A stretch of DNA of 50,031 bases, taken from positions 1 through 50,031 of the IMG/VR virus record IMGVR_UViG_3300017985_000024. One strand, 5' to 3'. The DNA comes from a virus. Lineage: Duplodnaviria > Caudoviricetes. The position numbers and the translations under genes are program-made. Below are positions 17,084 through 25,976 of this stretch, piece by piece. Below the pieces are notes generated by a model. That model was not told the origin of the DNA, did no database searches, and saw only the letters and a program-made list of their open reading frames with translations. Numbering within the stretch: the first letter of the stretch is position 1; the number at the start of each line of letters is the position of its first letter.

Positions 17084-17867
17084 TGCTGGCAAAGACGTTG
17101 CTCCACTTGCGCCAACGCCTCAGACCCTCCGCAAGGCATTCTGGCTGCGACCACTTGGTTTTGGGGACAGGCTGGCGGGGCGGGAGAATCCATCGTCCCG
17201 AGTCCTGCCACACACGGCTTCCGCCAAGATAAATTTCAAATCCCTTAAAGTGAGCGACAGACCTAGCAGAAAGGCTTGGGTTAGATGCTCCAAAGATGTA
17301 CACCCTGCAACCCGGAGGGAACAATTGCGACAACTCCTTTAGTCGCATCATCCTGCGTGCTTGGTAGTCCTTGTATCGCGAGTAGGTGACACCACGAGAT
17401 ATCACAATGTCACGGATATCGTGTTTATCAACGAAGTCACTAATCTTTTTGTCGTCAACGTCTGTGGTTGACATTGGCCACTCAATTGCCGCAGACAAAC
17501 CATGCGCACGAATCTCTTCAAATGTCTTAAATGAACGAGAGCGCAATGACGCGGGGGCAGAAAGTGCTCCTACCAAGTTGATACCGGTAGAGCGGCACCA
17601 CTGCCAGCAAGCAGCCCTATCGCCTTCCCAGAAAGCCTTAGAGGCGTTCTCTGCGTGAAGCAGGAACAGACCGACCCAAGCGTCGTGGCGAAGCCCAAGA
17701 GTCTCCCTAACGTCTTCAGGGTAAGACTTACGAGCCGCTATAGAACTAAGCGTTAGGCCCCACGAAAGATGCTCGTCTGACGCGACAGAGGTACGCACCT
17801 TAGACCAAGAGTTTGCAAGAGCAATAAACCTGTCCGGGGAAACTCTTAGGTCTTGTCCTTCTGCCAC
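17061..17867 (-). CDS. Hypothetical protein, possible degenerate TIM-barrel (DUF4417/TGT-like)
   Basis: Alternating beta/alpha pattern; RVYIFGASNP...IYLGGSRVW near the C-terminus; family call weak. Confidence 0.4.
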   Translation of the reverse strand: MAEGQDLRVSPDRFIALANSWSKVRTSVASDEHLSWGLTLSSIAARKSYPEDVRETLGLRHDAWVGLFLLHAENASKAFWEGDRAACWQWCRSTGINLVGALSAPASLRSRSFKTFEEIRAHGLSAAIEWPMSTTDVDDKKISDFVDKHDIRDIVISRGVTYSRYKDYQARRMMRLKELSQLFPPGCRVYIFGASNPSLSARSVAHFKGFEIYLGGSRVWQDSGRWILPPRQPVPKTKWSQPECLAEGLRRWRKWSNVFASSRNTEGP

Positions 17868-18028
17868 TCCCCACGCTCCTTCTCAATGAGAATATCAAGC
17901 GCTTCGCGAATAGTTGCTGCCTGAGACTTGCGCTTGCGAAAGGAGCGCCAACGAAGGAAATCATCCTGCTCGCGCCGGATGTACATTGCCTTCATAACTA
18001 GGTCTGGGTCAACTGGCTGGCGCGGCAT
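17846..18028 (-). CDS. Ribbon-helix-helix DNA-binding protein
   Basis: KAMYIRREQDDFL...KSQAATIREALDILI; GGGGAG RBS. Confidence 0.75.
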   Translation of the reverse strand: MPRQPVDPDLVMKAMYIRREQDDFLRWRSFRKRKSQAATIREALDILIEKERGEWQKDKT

Positions 18029-18065
18029 AATGCTCCCCTATAAGTAGATAACCACACCTACTATA

Positions 18066-18278
18066 TCATGGCATCTTGCCGAGAACCCTCGCCACAGCAC
18101 CAGTAATTTTGTCGTTTGCCTCCATAAGGCTGGTAGGCGCTGCTACCTCTACAGAGTCAAGCGCCTCCATCAATGGGGCAAGAAACTCAGGGATGCTGCC
18201 GTTGTCGTATGTACAGGCAGCACGAAGAATTAGAGCCTCAGTAAGCAAGTCGTACATTGCCGCTTCAAAGTCGCTCAC
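18066..18278 (-). CDS. Hypothetical protein
   Basis: GTGA overlap with the phosphoesterase stop. Confidence 0.6.
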   Translation of the reverse strand: MSDFEAAMYDLLTEALILRAACTYDNGSIPEFLAPLMEALDSVEVAAPTSLMEANDKITGAVARVLGKMP

Positions 18279-19357
18279 GACTGTACAATTCGCCCTTCGA
18301 CAAAACGAAAATACTCAGGAACCATCTTTACAAGAGTCCCGTCTTCACCGACAGTGATTGTCAAGATGTGAAATCCAACTGCCGGTGACAACCCAAGCCG
18401 GGTGAGAAACGGTGACTGCCACTCAAAACATGCGGGGAACAAAACCTGAACCCCACGAGCCTCAAATGCACCACGAACATGCCAGTGGCCCACAGTAAGA
18501 ATTGCTGGCTTCCTCTCAGACCTATATCCGTCCGCCAACTTCTGAGCCTTATAGGAGTAGGAATATGACATTCCACCCTTGCCGTGAAGAAGGTGCATCC
18601 AGCACGGGTTATCGTCTGAACCGTAATTGACCCAAGCGCTGTAGTCGCCAAGAAACTCAACATCGTCGCGCTGGTTAGCCATAGCGACGACAGGGTTAGC
18701 GCCTACACGACCAAAGTCGCCCTCAATGTCATGGTTACCGGAAATACCGCGAGTAGTAATACCTTGACGCTGAGGGTAATTATCTACGAGATACTGAACC
18801 TGCTGCTCAAACGTATGGTTCTTAATCTCAGAAACCTGACCACGAAAAATTCCAGCACCACAAGTCCAGTCCCCGGCGTGAAGAACCTCAGAAATTCCGC
18901 GTTCCTCGAAAATGTCATAAGCAAGATGCAACTCGCTTAGCGCCTCTTCGTTAGAAGAAAGATGCGTGTCGGAAACGATTCCGATTACATGCTCTTCTCC
19001 ATCAAAAAGAGACTTGTGGAGGTTGGTGCGGGAGGGGGGAACCTTGTGGAGAGAAACAGTTGAGTTCTCTTCCAACTCTACGCGGTAACCATCACGCGCG
19101 AGTTCTTCAATTGCCTCACGAATACGCTTTGGGGCGACGTTGAACTTGTTTGCAAGAGACTCAACATCGTTTTCAGAAGACTTTTGTAGCGCCTTGTGAA
19201 TAGACGCTCTTAAGCCTTCATGCGTATCAACCTTGTCCGGCTTCTTCTTTAGAAGCCTTCTGATTGAATGGCGGGATACACCGTAGTCCTTGGCAATATC
19301 CGTTTTTGTTTCGCCGTTTGCAAGACGACGACGAACTTCGTCAGGGCTAATGTCCAT
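18275..19357 (-). CDS. Calcineurin-like metallophosphoesterase with two N-terminal HTH domains
   Basis: SDTH, HAGDW, GNHD, LHG, GHWH motifs; IAKDYGVSRHSIRR and LANKFNVAPKRIREAIEEL HTHs; ATG at 19357. Confidence 0.88.
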   Translation of the reverse strand: MDISPDEVRRRLANGETKTDIAKDYGVSRHSIRRLLKKKPDKVDTHEGLRASIHKALQKSSENDVESLANKFNVAPKRIREAIEELARDGYRVELEENSTVSLHKVPPSRTNLHKSLFDGEEHVIGIVSDTHLSSNEEALSELHLAYDIFEERGISEVLHAGDWTCGAGIFRGQVSEIKNHTFEQQVQYLVDNYPQRQGITTRGISGNHDIEGDFGRVGANPVVAMANQRDDVEFLGDYSAWVNYGSDDNPCWMHLLHGKGGMSYSYSYKAQKLADGYRSERKPAILTVGHWHVRGAFEARGVQVLFPACFEWQSPFLTRLGLSPAVGFHILTITVGEDGTLVKMVPEYFRFVEGRIVQS

Positions 19358-19453
19358 AAATGTAGGTAAGCACAGTACTGGGACTGCGCACAACTTATGC
19401 CTGTCTGTTGCTCGCGAGTAGGAGGGTGAGGGTCATGCGCTAGGGCTGGCCGA

Positions 19454-20503
19454 TTATGTGGGCACCGCAGACAGTTGCGTAAAACTCATCCACGAACCAG
19501 CAACAGCAGTGAACGGAGACCCACCGGCAGGCTTGTTGTAGCAGTTTATTGTGAGATAGTCACCGGCAGAAACCACGGCCACGCTTGTCAGAATCTCTTG
19601 CACAGACGTTCCGTTGACTGCGTAACCGATGTTCGACACTGAACCCAACCCGCCGTTGACGGTCATGCCGGTCTGCGTTGAGTCGTTGCCGCTGCCAACA
19701 TCCCACCTCATGTATGCAACGCAGAGGTACATCCCGTCAGCCGGGAACACCAGCCGCTCCGGGTCTGGTGACGCGGCCCACGCGCCACCCGTGTTGTCCT
19801 CGCGCAAGTGGGTCCACTCAAGGAGGGTTGCCCTTGGATACGAAATGTTCGACGCGAGATAGACCTCGGCGTGATACGGGCGTGTTGCCCTTGCCGTGTC
19901 CTCCCACGAAGAACCGTCGTAGTACCGGGTCAGCCCAGTGTCAGTCTCATAAATCGTCTGCCCCTCAAACGGACTCGCGGGCCGCGTGGAGGAAGTGCAG
20001 ATGATGGTGCCCGTGGTGACGGCGGGCCACTGGGTTGCCTCCACAATCTTGGATACGCGGAGGAACTGTGGAGGGTACGGCGAACCTGCTCCAACGTATC
20101 CGTTCCTTGATGCGTTGCTGACGTAGCCGCCAACCCTAAAAGTGTGCGAACCAGCAGCCGGGGTCATGCGGTATTGCAGCGCCACAGGGACAAGATGCCC
20201 AATAGCGTTCGTGCGGTTGGCGACCCTTCCCCAACTGCCCTCCTGCACAGAGCCGTCATAGACAAGAGAGAAGTTGAGTTGGTCGCCGGTTCCCGCAGCG
20301 TCCTGTGTTGCCCTAGCGATTGGCGCGTAGTATTCGACAAGAACTGGTGAGCCGTCGCAAACCACCGTCATTTCCGGCGTAAGCCAGTCGGGTGACGCAG
20401 ACGATGTAGCAGTGAGGGTGACGGCGTTATCGTTCTCCACATACCCCAACTCCACCAGCCCGCCGCTTGCGGTCACTACCTGTGTGTCTGTGAGTGAGGT
20501 CAT
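19454..20503 (-). CDS. Tail fibre/adhesin (beta domain + TRP..EG..YETDT module + C1q-like head)
   Basis: TIICTSSTRPASPFEGQTIYETDT; LVFPADGMY...SAGDYLTI. Confidence 0.65.
   Translation of the reverse strand: MTSLTDTQVVTASGGLVELGYVENDNAVTLTATSSASPDWLTPEMTVVCDGSPVLVEYYAPIARATQDAAGTGDQLNFSLVYDGSVQEGSWGRVANRTNAIGHLVPVALQYRMTPAAGSHTFRVGGYVSNASRNGYVGAGSPYPPQFLRVSKIVEATQWPAVTTGTIICTSSTRPASPFEGQTIYETDTGLTRYYDGSSWEDTARATRPYHAEVYLASNISYPRATLLEWTHLREDNTGGAWAASPDPERLVFPADGMYLCVAYMRWDVGSGNDSTQTGMTVNGGLGSVSNIGYAVNGTSVQEILTSVAVVSAGDYLTINCYNKPAGGSPFTAVAGSWMSFTQLSAVPT
19938..19981. repeat. 44-bp direct repeat, copy 1 (copy 2 at 23574-23617)
   Basis: GTGTCAGTCTCATAAATC(G/T)TCTGCCCCTCAAACGGACTCGCGGG, one mismatch between copies. 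Confidence 0.9.
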
Positions 20504-21099
20504 GCGCTCACCGCCTTGACGTAAGCGGTGCCAATGAAGTTGATGGTCCCCGTGTTGCCAGCCGCGTAGGTAATGTTCGCGGTGAACCTGTACGTCTTGC
20601 TCGCGTAGAGGTAGTAAAGGATTGGGTTCGACTCACCTTCACGGTGATGCTGGTACGGGCCATTCCAGTCTTGGATGTAGTGGAGGATGTAGGTGGCTGA
20701 AAGGTCAGTTGGGGTGAACTGCGTTGACATACCAATGCCGCTGTTCAGTTCCCACATGCCGGTCTTTTGACCAATCTCGTAGTACCCATCCCACGGTGGA
20801 GTAAACGTAACCGTGTTGTAGTCACCGACTGTCACGTTGGTTATGGACGTACTGCTGAACACTTGAGTCGCGCTGCCGCAGTTCCAGCGACAGAGAGTTG
20901 CCTGTCCAAGCGGTAGCCACTTCGTTCCGTCGTACTGCATAGGCAACGCCGCGCCGATGTTCCCTGCGCCAGTGTGCTTGTAGGTGACTACCTCACCAAT
21001 CTGCGGGCTAGAAGGCAACGTCGTGACAATCGGGGGCGTAGTGCCAAGCGCCTGAGCCTGCCGGGGTACGTCAGAGTATGCCTTGATGATTGTGGTCAT
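20500..21099 (-). CDS. Tail fibre/adhesin-like protein
   Basis: VTTLPSSPQIGEV...YDGTKW module followed by a beta-rich domain. Confidence 0.6.
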   Translation of the reverse strand: MTTIIKAYSDVPRQAQALGTTPPIVTTLPSSPQIGEVVTYKHTGAGNIGAALPMQYDGTKWLPLGQATLCRWNCGSATQVFSSTSITNVTVGDYNTVTFTPPWDGYYEIGQKTGMWELNSGIGMSTQFTPTDLSATYILHYIQDWNGPYQHHREGESNPILYYLYASKTYRFTANITYAAGNTGTINFIGTAYVKAVSA

Positions 21100-21356
21100 T
21101 ACTCAGGAAGCGGCTCTAAGTTGCCTACGTCGGGGAGTACCGGGTCAGGAGCGCTGAGAATGATTGCATCACGGTCTGCCGGAATGTCAGTTACATCTGG
21201 GTCTGCAAGCATACGAGCAGTCTCCGCAGCAACCAACTCGTCGCCAGCGATGCGGGCACGTTCCTTGATTGCGTTCTCGGTCCACTGCTGAGGGTCGGCC
21301 ATGACGTATGACAGGGCCTTTACTTCTACTTCGGTAAGAGTAATAGAAATGTCCAC
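21099..21356 (-). CDS. Probable fibre-associated/chaperone protein
   Basis: ITLTEVEVKALSYVMADPQQW.ENA...RARIA motif; directly downstream of a C1q-like fibre gene. Confidence 0.55.
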   Translation of the reverse strand: MDISITLTEVEVKALSYVMADPQQWTENAIKERARIAGDELVAAETARMLADPDVTDIPADRDAIILSAPDPVLPDVGNLEPLPE

Positions 21357-21989
21357 CTACGATACCTTCCATCCAACAAAGTAGTTGTTCTGGTTGTAGT
21401 GCGTCTGTCCTACGTTCATGTAGACGCCTACCGTGTCGTTGGCGCTAAGCGAAAAGATGACAATGCCGGGGTTTAGGGCGACGTAGGTGCTGGTCCCGTT
21501 CTGCGTGTATGTGCGCCAGTAGGCAGCACCGTTGAGCAGGAAGTAAACCTGCGCCGATTGTCCCGCTTCCGTGAACGCGCTAAACGTAAAGAAATACTTC
21601 CCAGCGGCAGGCGCAGTAAATAGACCAGTAGTAGGGTTGAAGTGGTTGCCGACGTTGGCGTTCACATCAACGTAGGTGTTCCATGTGCCCGTTGCCGTTG
21701 TCCCTGCCGTGGCCCGCGCAGCAAACATCGGCTGGTACGGAAGGCTTACACGACCAGCAGCGTCACTCTCAATAGACTTCTTCGGCACATTGAACGTGGT
21801 TGAGCCGTCGCCAACTCCGTAAGTGGTGCCAATCGCGCTAAACAGGTCGGCATAGTCGGTGCGGGAGATAGCCTGACCGTCTACCTCAATCCAGCCCGTA
21901 GGGATGTTCTGCCCCGGCCAATCGTGGATGATGGTCCCAACGGGGGCAGGCTGAACAGCGTTGACGAACTGTGCGCCAATCTGGGCCAT
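21357..21989 (-). CDS. Tail collar + C1q-like domain fibre protein
   Basis: PVGTI..W....PTGWIEVDGQAISRTDYADLFSAIGTTYG.GDGSTTFNVP; NHFNPTTGLFTAPAAGKYFF. Confidence 0.82.
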   Translation of the reverse strand: MAQIGAQFVNAVQPAPVGTIIHDWPGQNIPTGWIEVDGQAISRTDYADLFSAIGTTYGVGDGSTTFNVPKKSIESDAAGRVSLPYQPMFAARATAGTTATGTWNTYVDVNANVGNHFNPTTGLFTAPAAGKYFFTFSAFTEAGQSAQVYFLLNGAAYWRTYTQNGTSTYVALNPGIVIFSLSANDTVGVYMNVGQTHYNQNNYFVGWKVS

Positions 21990-22291
21990 TAGTCGCTCTC
22001 CGTGAAGTAAGCCACCGTCTGAGTACCACTCTGGGCTACCGCGTAAATCGCAGCAGTGGGCGACTTGTCAATCGTAAGAGCCTGACCGGGGGCCAGACGG
22101 ATGCCCTCGTTGGCTGCGATACCGGAGTCGCCAATCCAGACGTAATCGCTACCAAGATTCGTTAGAACAGCAGTACGCCGAGTTGCATCAGCAGAAAGAA
22201 CCGCAGCAGAGGAAGTCGTAACGCTTGCGTTGCCAGAACCAATGGTTGTGCCACGCTCAACCGTCTTGACTGTGTTGACAACGACGCCCAT
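21989..22291 (-). CDS. Small beta-sandwich virion protein
   Basis: RRTAVLTNLGSDYVWIG...GIRLAPGQ; coupled within the fibre operon. Confidence 0.6.
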   Translation of the reverse strand: MGVVVNTVKTVERGTTIGSGNASVTTSSAAVLSADATRRTAVLTNLGSDYVWIGDSGIAANEGIRLAPGQALTIDKSPTAAIYAVAQSGTQTVAYFTESD

Positions 22292-22644
22292 TAGTTGGCA
22301 ATCCTGTTCACATAACCACCAATGTTCACAACAGAACCAGTCGCCGCATATGCCTTAACAACCAACGAATTCTGAAGAATCAACTTCTCAACAATCTGGA
22401 CCTGACCGACCTGACCGGGGATGTTGAACTTAATCTCGTTGGCGGTTCCTGTGCCGCCAAACTCAATCGTCACTAGAACGTCAGAAGACGAAGTGTTGAT
22501 GGCGTACAGCGAAATCTCGTCAATATCCGACGTACCAGAGACAGCCGTGTGAATAGTGTCGGCAGAACCAGTAGCGGTACCGGTTACCTGAATCAACTTC
22601 CCATTAGTAGACCCAGAAAGAATCTGCTTTGAGATTGTGGCCAC
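22291..22644 (-). CDS. Small beta-sandwich virion protein
   Basis: TIHTA...DEISLYA.N...VNIGGYVNRI. Confidence 0.62.
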   Translation of the reverse strand: MATISKQILSGSTNGKLIQVTGTATGSADTIHTAVSGTSDIDEISLYAINTSSSDVLVTIEFGGTGTANEIKFNIPGQVGQVQIVEKLILQNSLVVKAYAATGSVVNIGGYVNRIAN

Positions 22645-23096
22645 TAGCCAAACACCTCACCAAATAGTTTGACTTGGTAGCCCAAATCACCAACAGACAA
22701 CTTTGCTGAGGTCACTGACCCATCAGCAAGCGCAGCCGTAGTAATCGTTCCAACTGGCACCGAAGTCGTAGCGTCCACCAACAGAATACTCGCAGTAACG
22801 TCCATCACGTTAGCGGTTCCTGCGGTTATCTTGATTACGTCGCCAGCCTCTAGTGCAAACGGCTTATCAAGCACGTTCATCGAAGATGCAGCAGGAATTT
22901 CTGCATCCTTGATAAGGGTGAACGTGGCAATAGCCGACGAATCGTAGAAAGATGCAGTAGCAGTGCGCGTTGTTGAGTCTTCGTTAGCCACGACAACCGA
23001 CTGCACAAGCGCAGAGCAACCACCCGGCACCGTGTAAAGGTCCGTAGCCGAAGTGGTTGTAAGTTCTACCGCTGCGTTGACGTATCGGTTAGCCAT
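22644..23096 (-). CDS. Virion structural protein (paralog of the N-terminus of 23102..24061)
   Basis: MANRYVNAAV.LT...ATDLYTVP vs MANTYKNAAV.LT...ATDLYTAP. Confidence 0.7.
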   Translation of the reverse strand: MANRYVNAAVELTTTSATDLYTVPGGCSALVQSVVVANEDSTTRTATASFYDSSAIATFTLIKDAEIPAASSMNVLDKPFALEAGDVIKITAGTANVMDVTASILLVDATTSVPVGTITTAALADGSVTSAKLSVGDLGYQVKLFGEVFG

Positions 23097-23101
23097 TAGT
23101 G

Positions 23102-24061
23102 CTAATTGTCCTTAATCCAATGGCCGGTGAACGTACTTTCTGCCCTGAGCAGATTAGACGCACCACTCACATGACCGCCGCCCGCATACACAACCTGCCC
23201 TGCGGTCAAAGAAATCAAGCCGCTTACGCTGAGCGAATGGTAATCCGTTGAGTGTGCTGCGCCGAAAATGCAGTGAAGGTTTGGTGCTGCCCATTGGGTT
23301 GTTCCGCTGCGGTAGATGTACGCCCTCAAGTAGCCAGCAGAAGCAGTGTTGTCAAGACGGCAGTTGAGAGAAAAGAAATAGACACCATCAACAGGGGCAA
23401 CAAATGCTCCGGTAGAAGTGTTGTAACAACTACCGTTGTCAAAACTCTCAAGGTCAAGAATAAAGTTGTAAAACCCGTTTGTGGAACCCTGATAATTTGT
23501 GCCATACGCGGCAAAGGAAATGTCCCTCCACGCAACCCGCCAAGCAGAGCCGTCGTAAATGTATTCAAGGTCGGTGTCAGTCTCATAAATCTTCTGCCCC
23601 TCAAACGGACTCGCGGGGCGTGTCCCAGAAGTGCAGATAGTCGTTGCAGACAGGCTAGAAGCCAACTTGTCTGCCGTCACCGCATCGTCGGCAATCTTGA
23701 CTGTCGTGATTGACCCGTCAACGTGGGGAGTAGTCGGGTCCTGCTCCATGATTGAGGCGGTCGCGTGGAGCGTATTTGCCGCAGAAGCCTGCACACGAAT
23801 AATGTCGCCCGGCTCCAAGACGCATGGAGTATCAAGAGCGTTCATCGCTGTACCAGCAGGAATGAATCCGTTGTACAAGAGCGTGTAAGAAGACCCAGCA
23901 GAAGCGTCGTACCACGTTACGGTCGCGTACCTGTTAGAACTATCAACATTTGCAATGTTGACTGACTGAACCAAAGAGCGAGTGTTCGACGGTGCCGTAT
24001 AGAGGTCGGTAGCCCCAGTGCTAGTCAAAACAACTGCTGCGTTTTTGTAGGTGTTAGCCAT
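23102..24061 (-). CDS. Tail fibre/adhesin with C1q-like C-terminal domain
   Basis: Shared N-domain, ITTVKIADDAVTADKL repeat, TRPASPFEG module, YNTSTGAFVAPVDGVYFF. Confidence 0.75.
   Translation of the reverse strand: MANTYKNAAVVLTSTGATDLYTAPSNTRSLVQSVNIANVDSSNRYATVTWYDASAGSSYTLLYNGFIPAGTAMNALDTPCVLEPGDIIRVQASAANTLHATASIMEQDPTTPHVDGSITTVKIADDAVTADKLASSLSATTICTSGTRPASPFEGQKIYETDTDLEYIYDGSAWRVAWRDISFAAYGTNYQGSTNGFYNFILDLESFDNGSCYNTSTGAFVAPVDGVYFFSLNCRLDNTASAGYLRAYIYRSGTTQWAAPNLHCIFGAAHSTDYHSLSVSGLISLTAGQVVYAGGGHVSGASNLLRAESTFTGHWIKDN
23574..23617. repeat. 44-bp direct repeat, copy 2
   Basis: Matches 19938-19981 except at one base. Confidence 0.9.
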
Positions 24062-24428
24062 TCTTGGGGTACTCGTCCTTCACAGCCCGCAACCGAGCCG
24101 CCATATCGTCTGGAAACACGCCAGCGTGAAAAAGAGCATCCAACTGGTCGCCAATAGGAGGATACGCAAGTACCCTTTGGCGAGCGTATTCGTTTTCCTC
24201 CCACTCTGCTGTCATGCGGGCAAGTTCCGCTTCAATTTCTAAAACTGTTGGCTTGGGTCCTGTGTAAATAACAACACCATCGGCTGGGCCAACATACACA
24301 CCGTCTGCATTTACACTGTCAGAATTATCATGCCATGAAATAGTAGAAAAATCCGACGGGTCAACAGAATAACCGGCACCCGGCGCGAGCGACCTAATCG
24401 CGTCGTGAATATCAGGTGGGGTATTCAC
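24054..24428 (-). CDS. XkdW-like tail fibre assembly protein
   Basis: AIRSLAPGA...KPTVLEIEAE...YARQR..AYPPIGDQLDALFH. Confidence 0.65.
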   Translation of the reverse strand: MNTPPDIHDAIRSLAPGAGYSVDPSDFSTISWHDNSDSVNADGVYVGPADGVVIYTGPKPTVLEIEAELARMTAEWEENEYARQRVLAYPPIGDQLDALFHAGVFPDDMAARLRAVKDEYPKNG

Positions 24429-25096
24429 CGAATCTCCATAAGCGTCATAGTCGCGTAATCAGTTCCCTGATAGTTGCGGTTCATGTAGATGTAAGTGCCC
24501 GAGTTGTTGGTGTAAGGCTTGACGTACAGTTGGTAGTACTGATTAGAAGTGGCGTTTGGCCGAGTTGCCTGATGGAGCCAATTTACACTCAACACATTTC
24601 CATGAGTTGTTGAGTCATAACCGGCCCCCATGTGCGAAGTCTGCCAAAGCAAACCACCAGCGGCACTACTATTGATGCCCCAGCCACCACCAACATCGCT
24701 ACCCTGACTTGCCATATGCAGCGGAGCGCTAATAAGAATAAGAATCTTGGAATCGCTGCGAAGCGGTGTGATGTAGCAGTAGCAGTCAGAGTTGTAGGCG
24801 TAGTTTGCAGCGTTGCTATAGCCCGTCGTGCGAGTCGCCAACTGGATAACCGAACCTGTCGGCATGTTCTCCGTTGGAAACTGCGCTGACCCGGAGTAGA
24901 CCTTGCTCCATGCCGAACCCTCGTAGACGTACACGAGGTTAGTGTCAGTCTCGTAGATGATGTTTCCTTCGCTGGGCGAAGAAGGGCGTGTCGCAGAAGT
25001 GCAAGTGATAAACTCAGCGGATTCTGATGAAGTCTCAAAATAGCCGGTTTTATCGCGAAGATAGTCGCGTGCGTTAAATGGTCCAGAGATAGCCAT
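24425..25096 (-). CDS. Tail fibre/adhesin protein
   Basis: TRPSSPSEGNIIYETDT module, PTGSVIQ, ITPLRSDSKILI, TMTLMEI. Confidence 0.7.
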   Translation of the reverse strand: MAISGPFNARDYLRDKTGYFETSSESAEFITCTSATRPSSPSEGNIIYETDTNLVYVYEGSAWSKVYSGSAQFPTENMPTGSVIQLATRTTGYSNAANYAYNSDCYCYITPLRSDSKILILISAPLHMASQGSDVGGGWGINSSAAGGLLWQTSHMGAGYDSTTHGNVLSVNWLHQATRPNATSNQYYQLYVKPYTNNSGTYIYMNRNYQGTDYATMTLMEIR

Positions 25097-25963
25097 TTAG
25101 TTACCCATAAATACAGTAAAGGCTTCGCTTGCTTCGGCGTGTGAGTCACCGAGAAGCGTGGAGTACGTCGCCTTGATGATGTAGTTCAGCGCGATGTATG
25201 GCTGCATGTTGTTGTGAGAGCCGTCGCCACCAGTATTCTGGTTAGTCGCTGTCGCTTGGTTGATAGACAGAGCAATAGGCGTTGTCACAATGTCCGGCTC
25301 GCCGGGAGTGGTGTCTGTAACAGAAATTGTGTTTGAGTTGCCGGGGCTTACCCGGATAAGACCATAACCACCAAGGCCAGCATTAGCATTGTGGGTGTGA
25401 CCGTGCGCGTTCTGCGTGTGGGTGTGAGACGGCATTTCAGCGGTAGACAACTGGTGCGTCTCCGCGCCACCAGTAGAGCCAAGCGTGCGGTCTGTAAGCC
25501 CAGTCCCCTGTCCGCTACCAATCATCGTGCGTCCACGCATATCTGGAAGGGTGAACGTAGTTGAGCCGTCACCAGCACCAAACATCGTGCCTATAAGCCC
25601 AGCGTTGTCCGCAAGTGCAAATAAGTCGGCGTAAGCAGTGCGGCTGAGGGTTGAGCCGTCACATGAAAGAAAACCCACAGGTGGGGTTGAGAAAAGATAT
25701 GGGACAACAGTCCCAATTGGTACATCAACCGCAAGGTAAGCGAACTCTCCAACTCCGGACGGATTTGCCCGGACAATCTGGTTTGGCGACCCAGTTTCCA
25801 TCTTTGAAAACTGAATGCCAGCGCTGGTGTCTACATTTGCGTTGACAATCTTTTGCCACGACGCATTACCATCAGCGTCGCTGACAATCACCTTGTCAGA
25901 CGCAGGACTGCCGCCCGTAAGTTTTAGGGCGACAGTCTCAAGTGTCTTTAGGATTCGGGGCAT
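25097..25963 (-). CDS. Tail collar domain fibre protein
   Basis: PIGTVVPY...GFLSCDG...TFTLPDMRGR...GGAETHQL..AEMPSHTH...HNNMQPYIALNYIIK. Confidence 0.85.
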   Translation of the reverse strand: MPRILKTLETVALKLTGGSPASDKVIVSDADGNASWQKIVNANVDTSAGIQFSKMETGSPNQIVRANPSGVGEFAYLAVDVPIGTVVPYLFSTPPVGFLSCDGSTLSRTAYADLFALADNAGLIGTMFGAGDGSTTFTLPDMRGRTMIGSGQGTGLTDRTLGSTGGAETHQLSTAEMPSHTHTQNAHGHTHNANAGLGGYGLIRVSPGNSNTISVTDTTPGEPDIVTTPIALSINQATATNQNTGGDGSHNNMQPYIALNYIIKATYSTLLGDSHAEASEAFTVFMGN

Positions 25964-25976
25964 CTAGCCCCCCACA

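Noticed and set aside
19938-23617. Possible diversity-generating retroelement TR/VR pair
   Set aside because: Only 44 bp with one mismatch, both copies are mid-gene coding sequence, and no reverse transcriptase is present in the window
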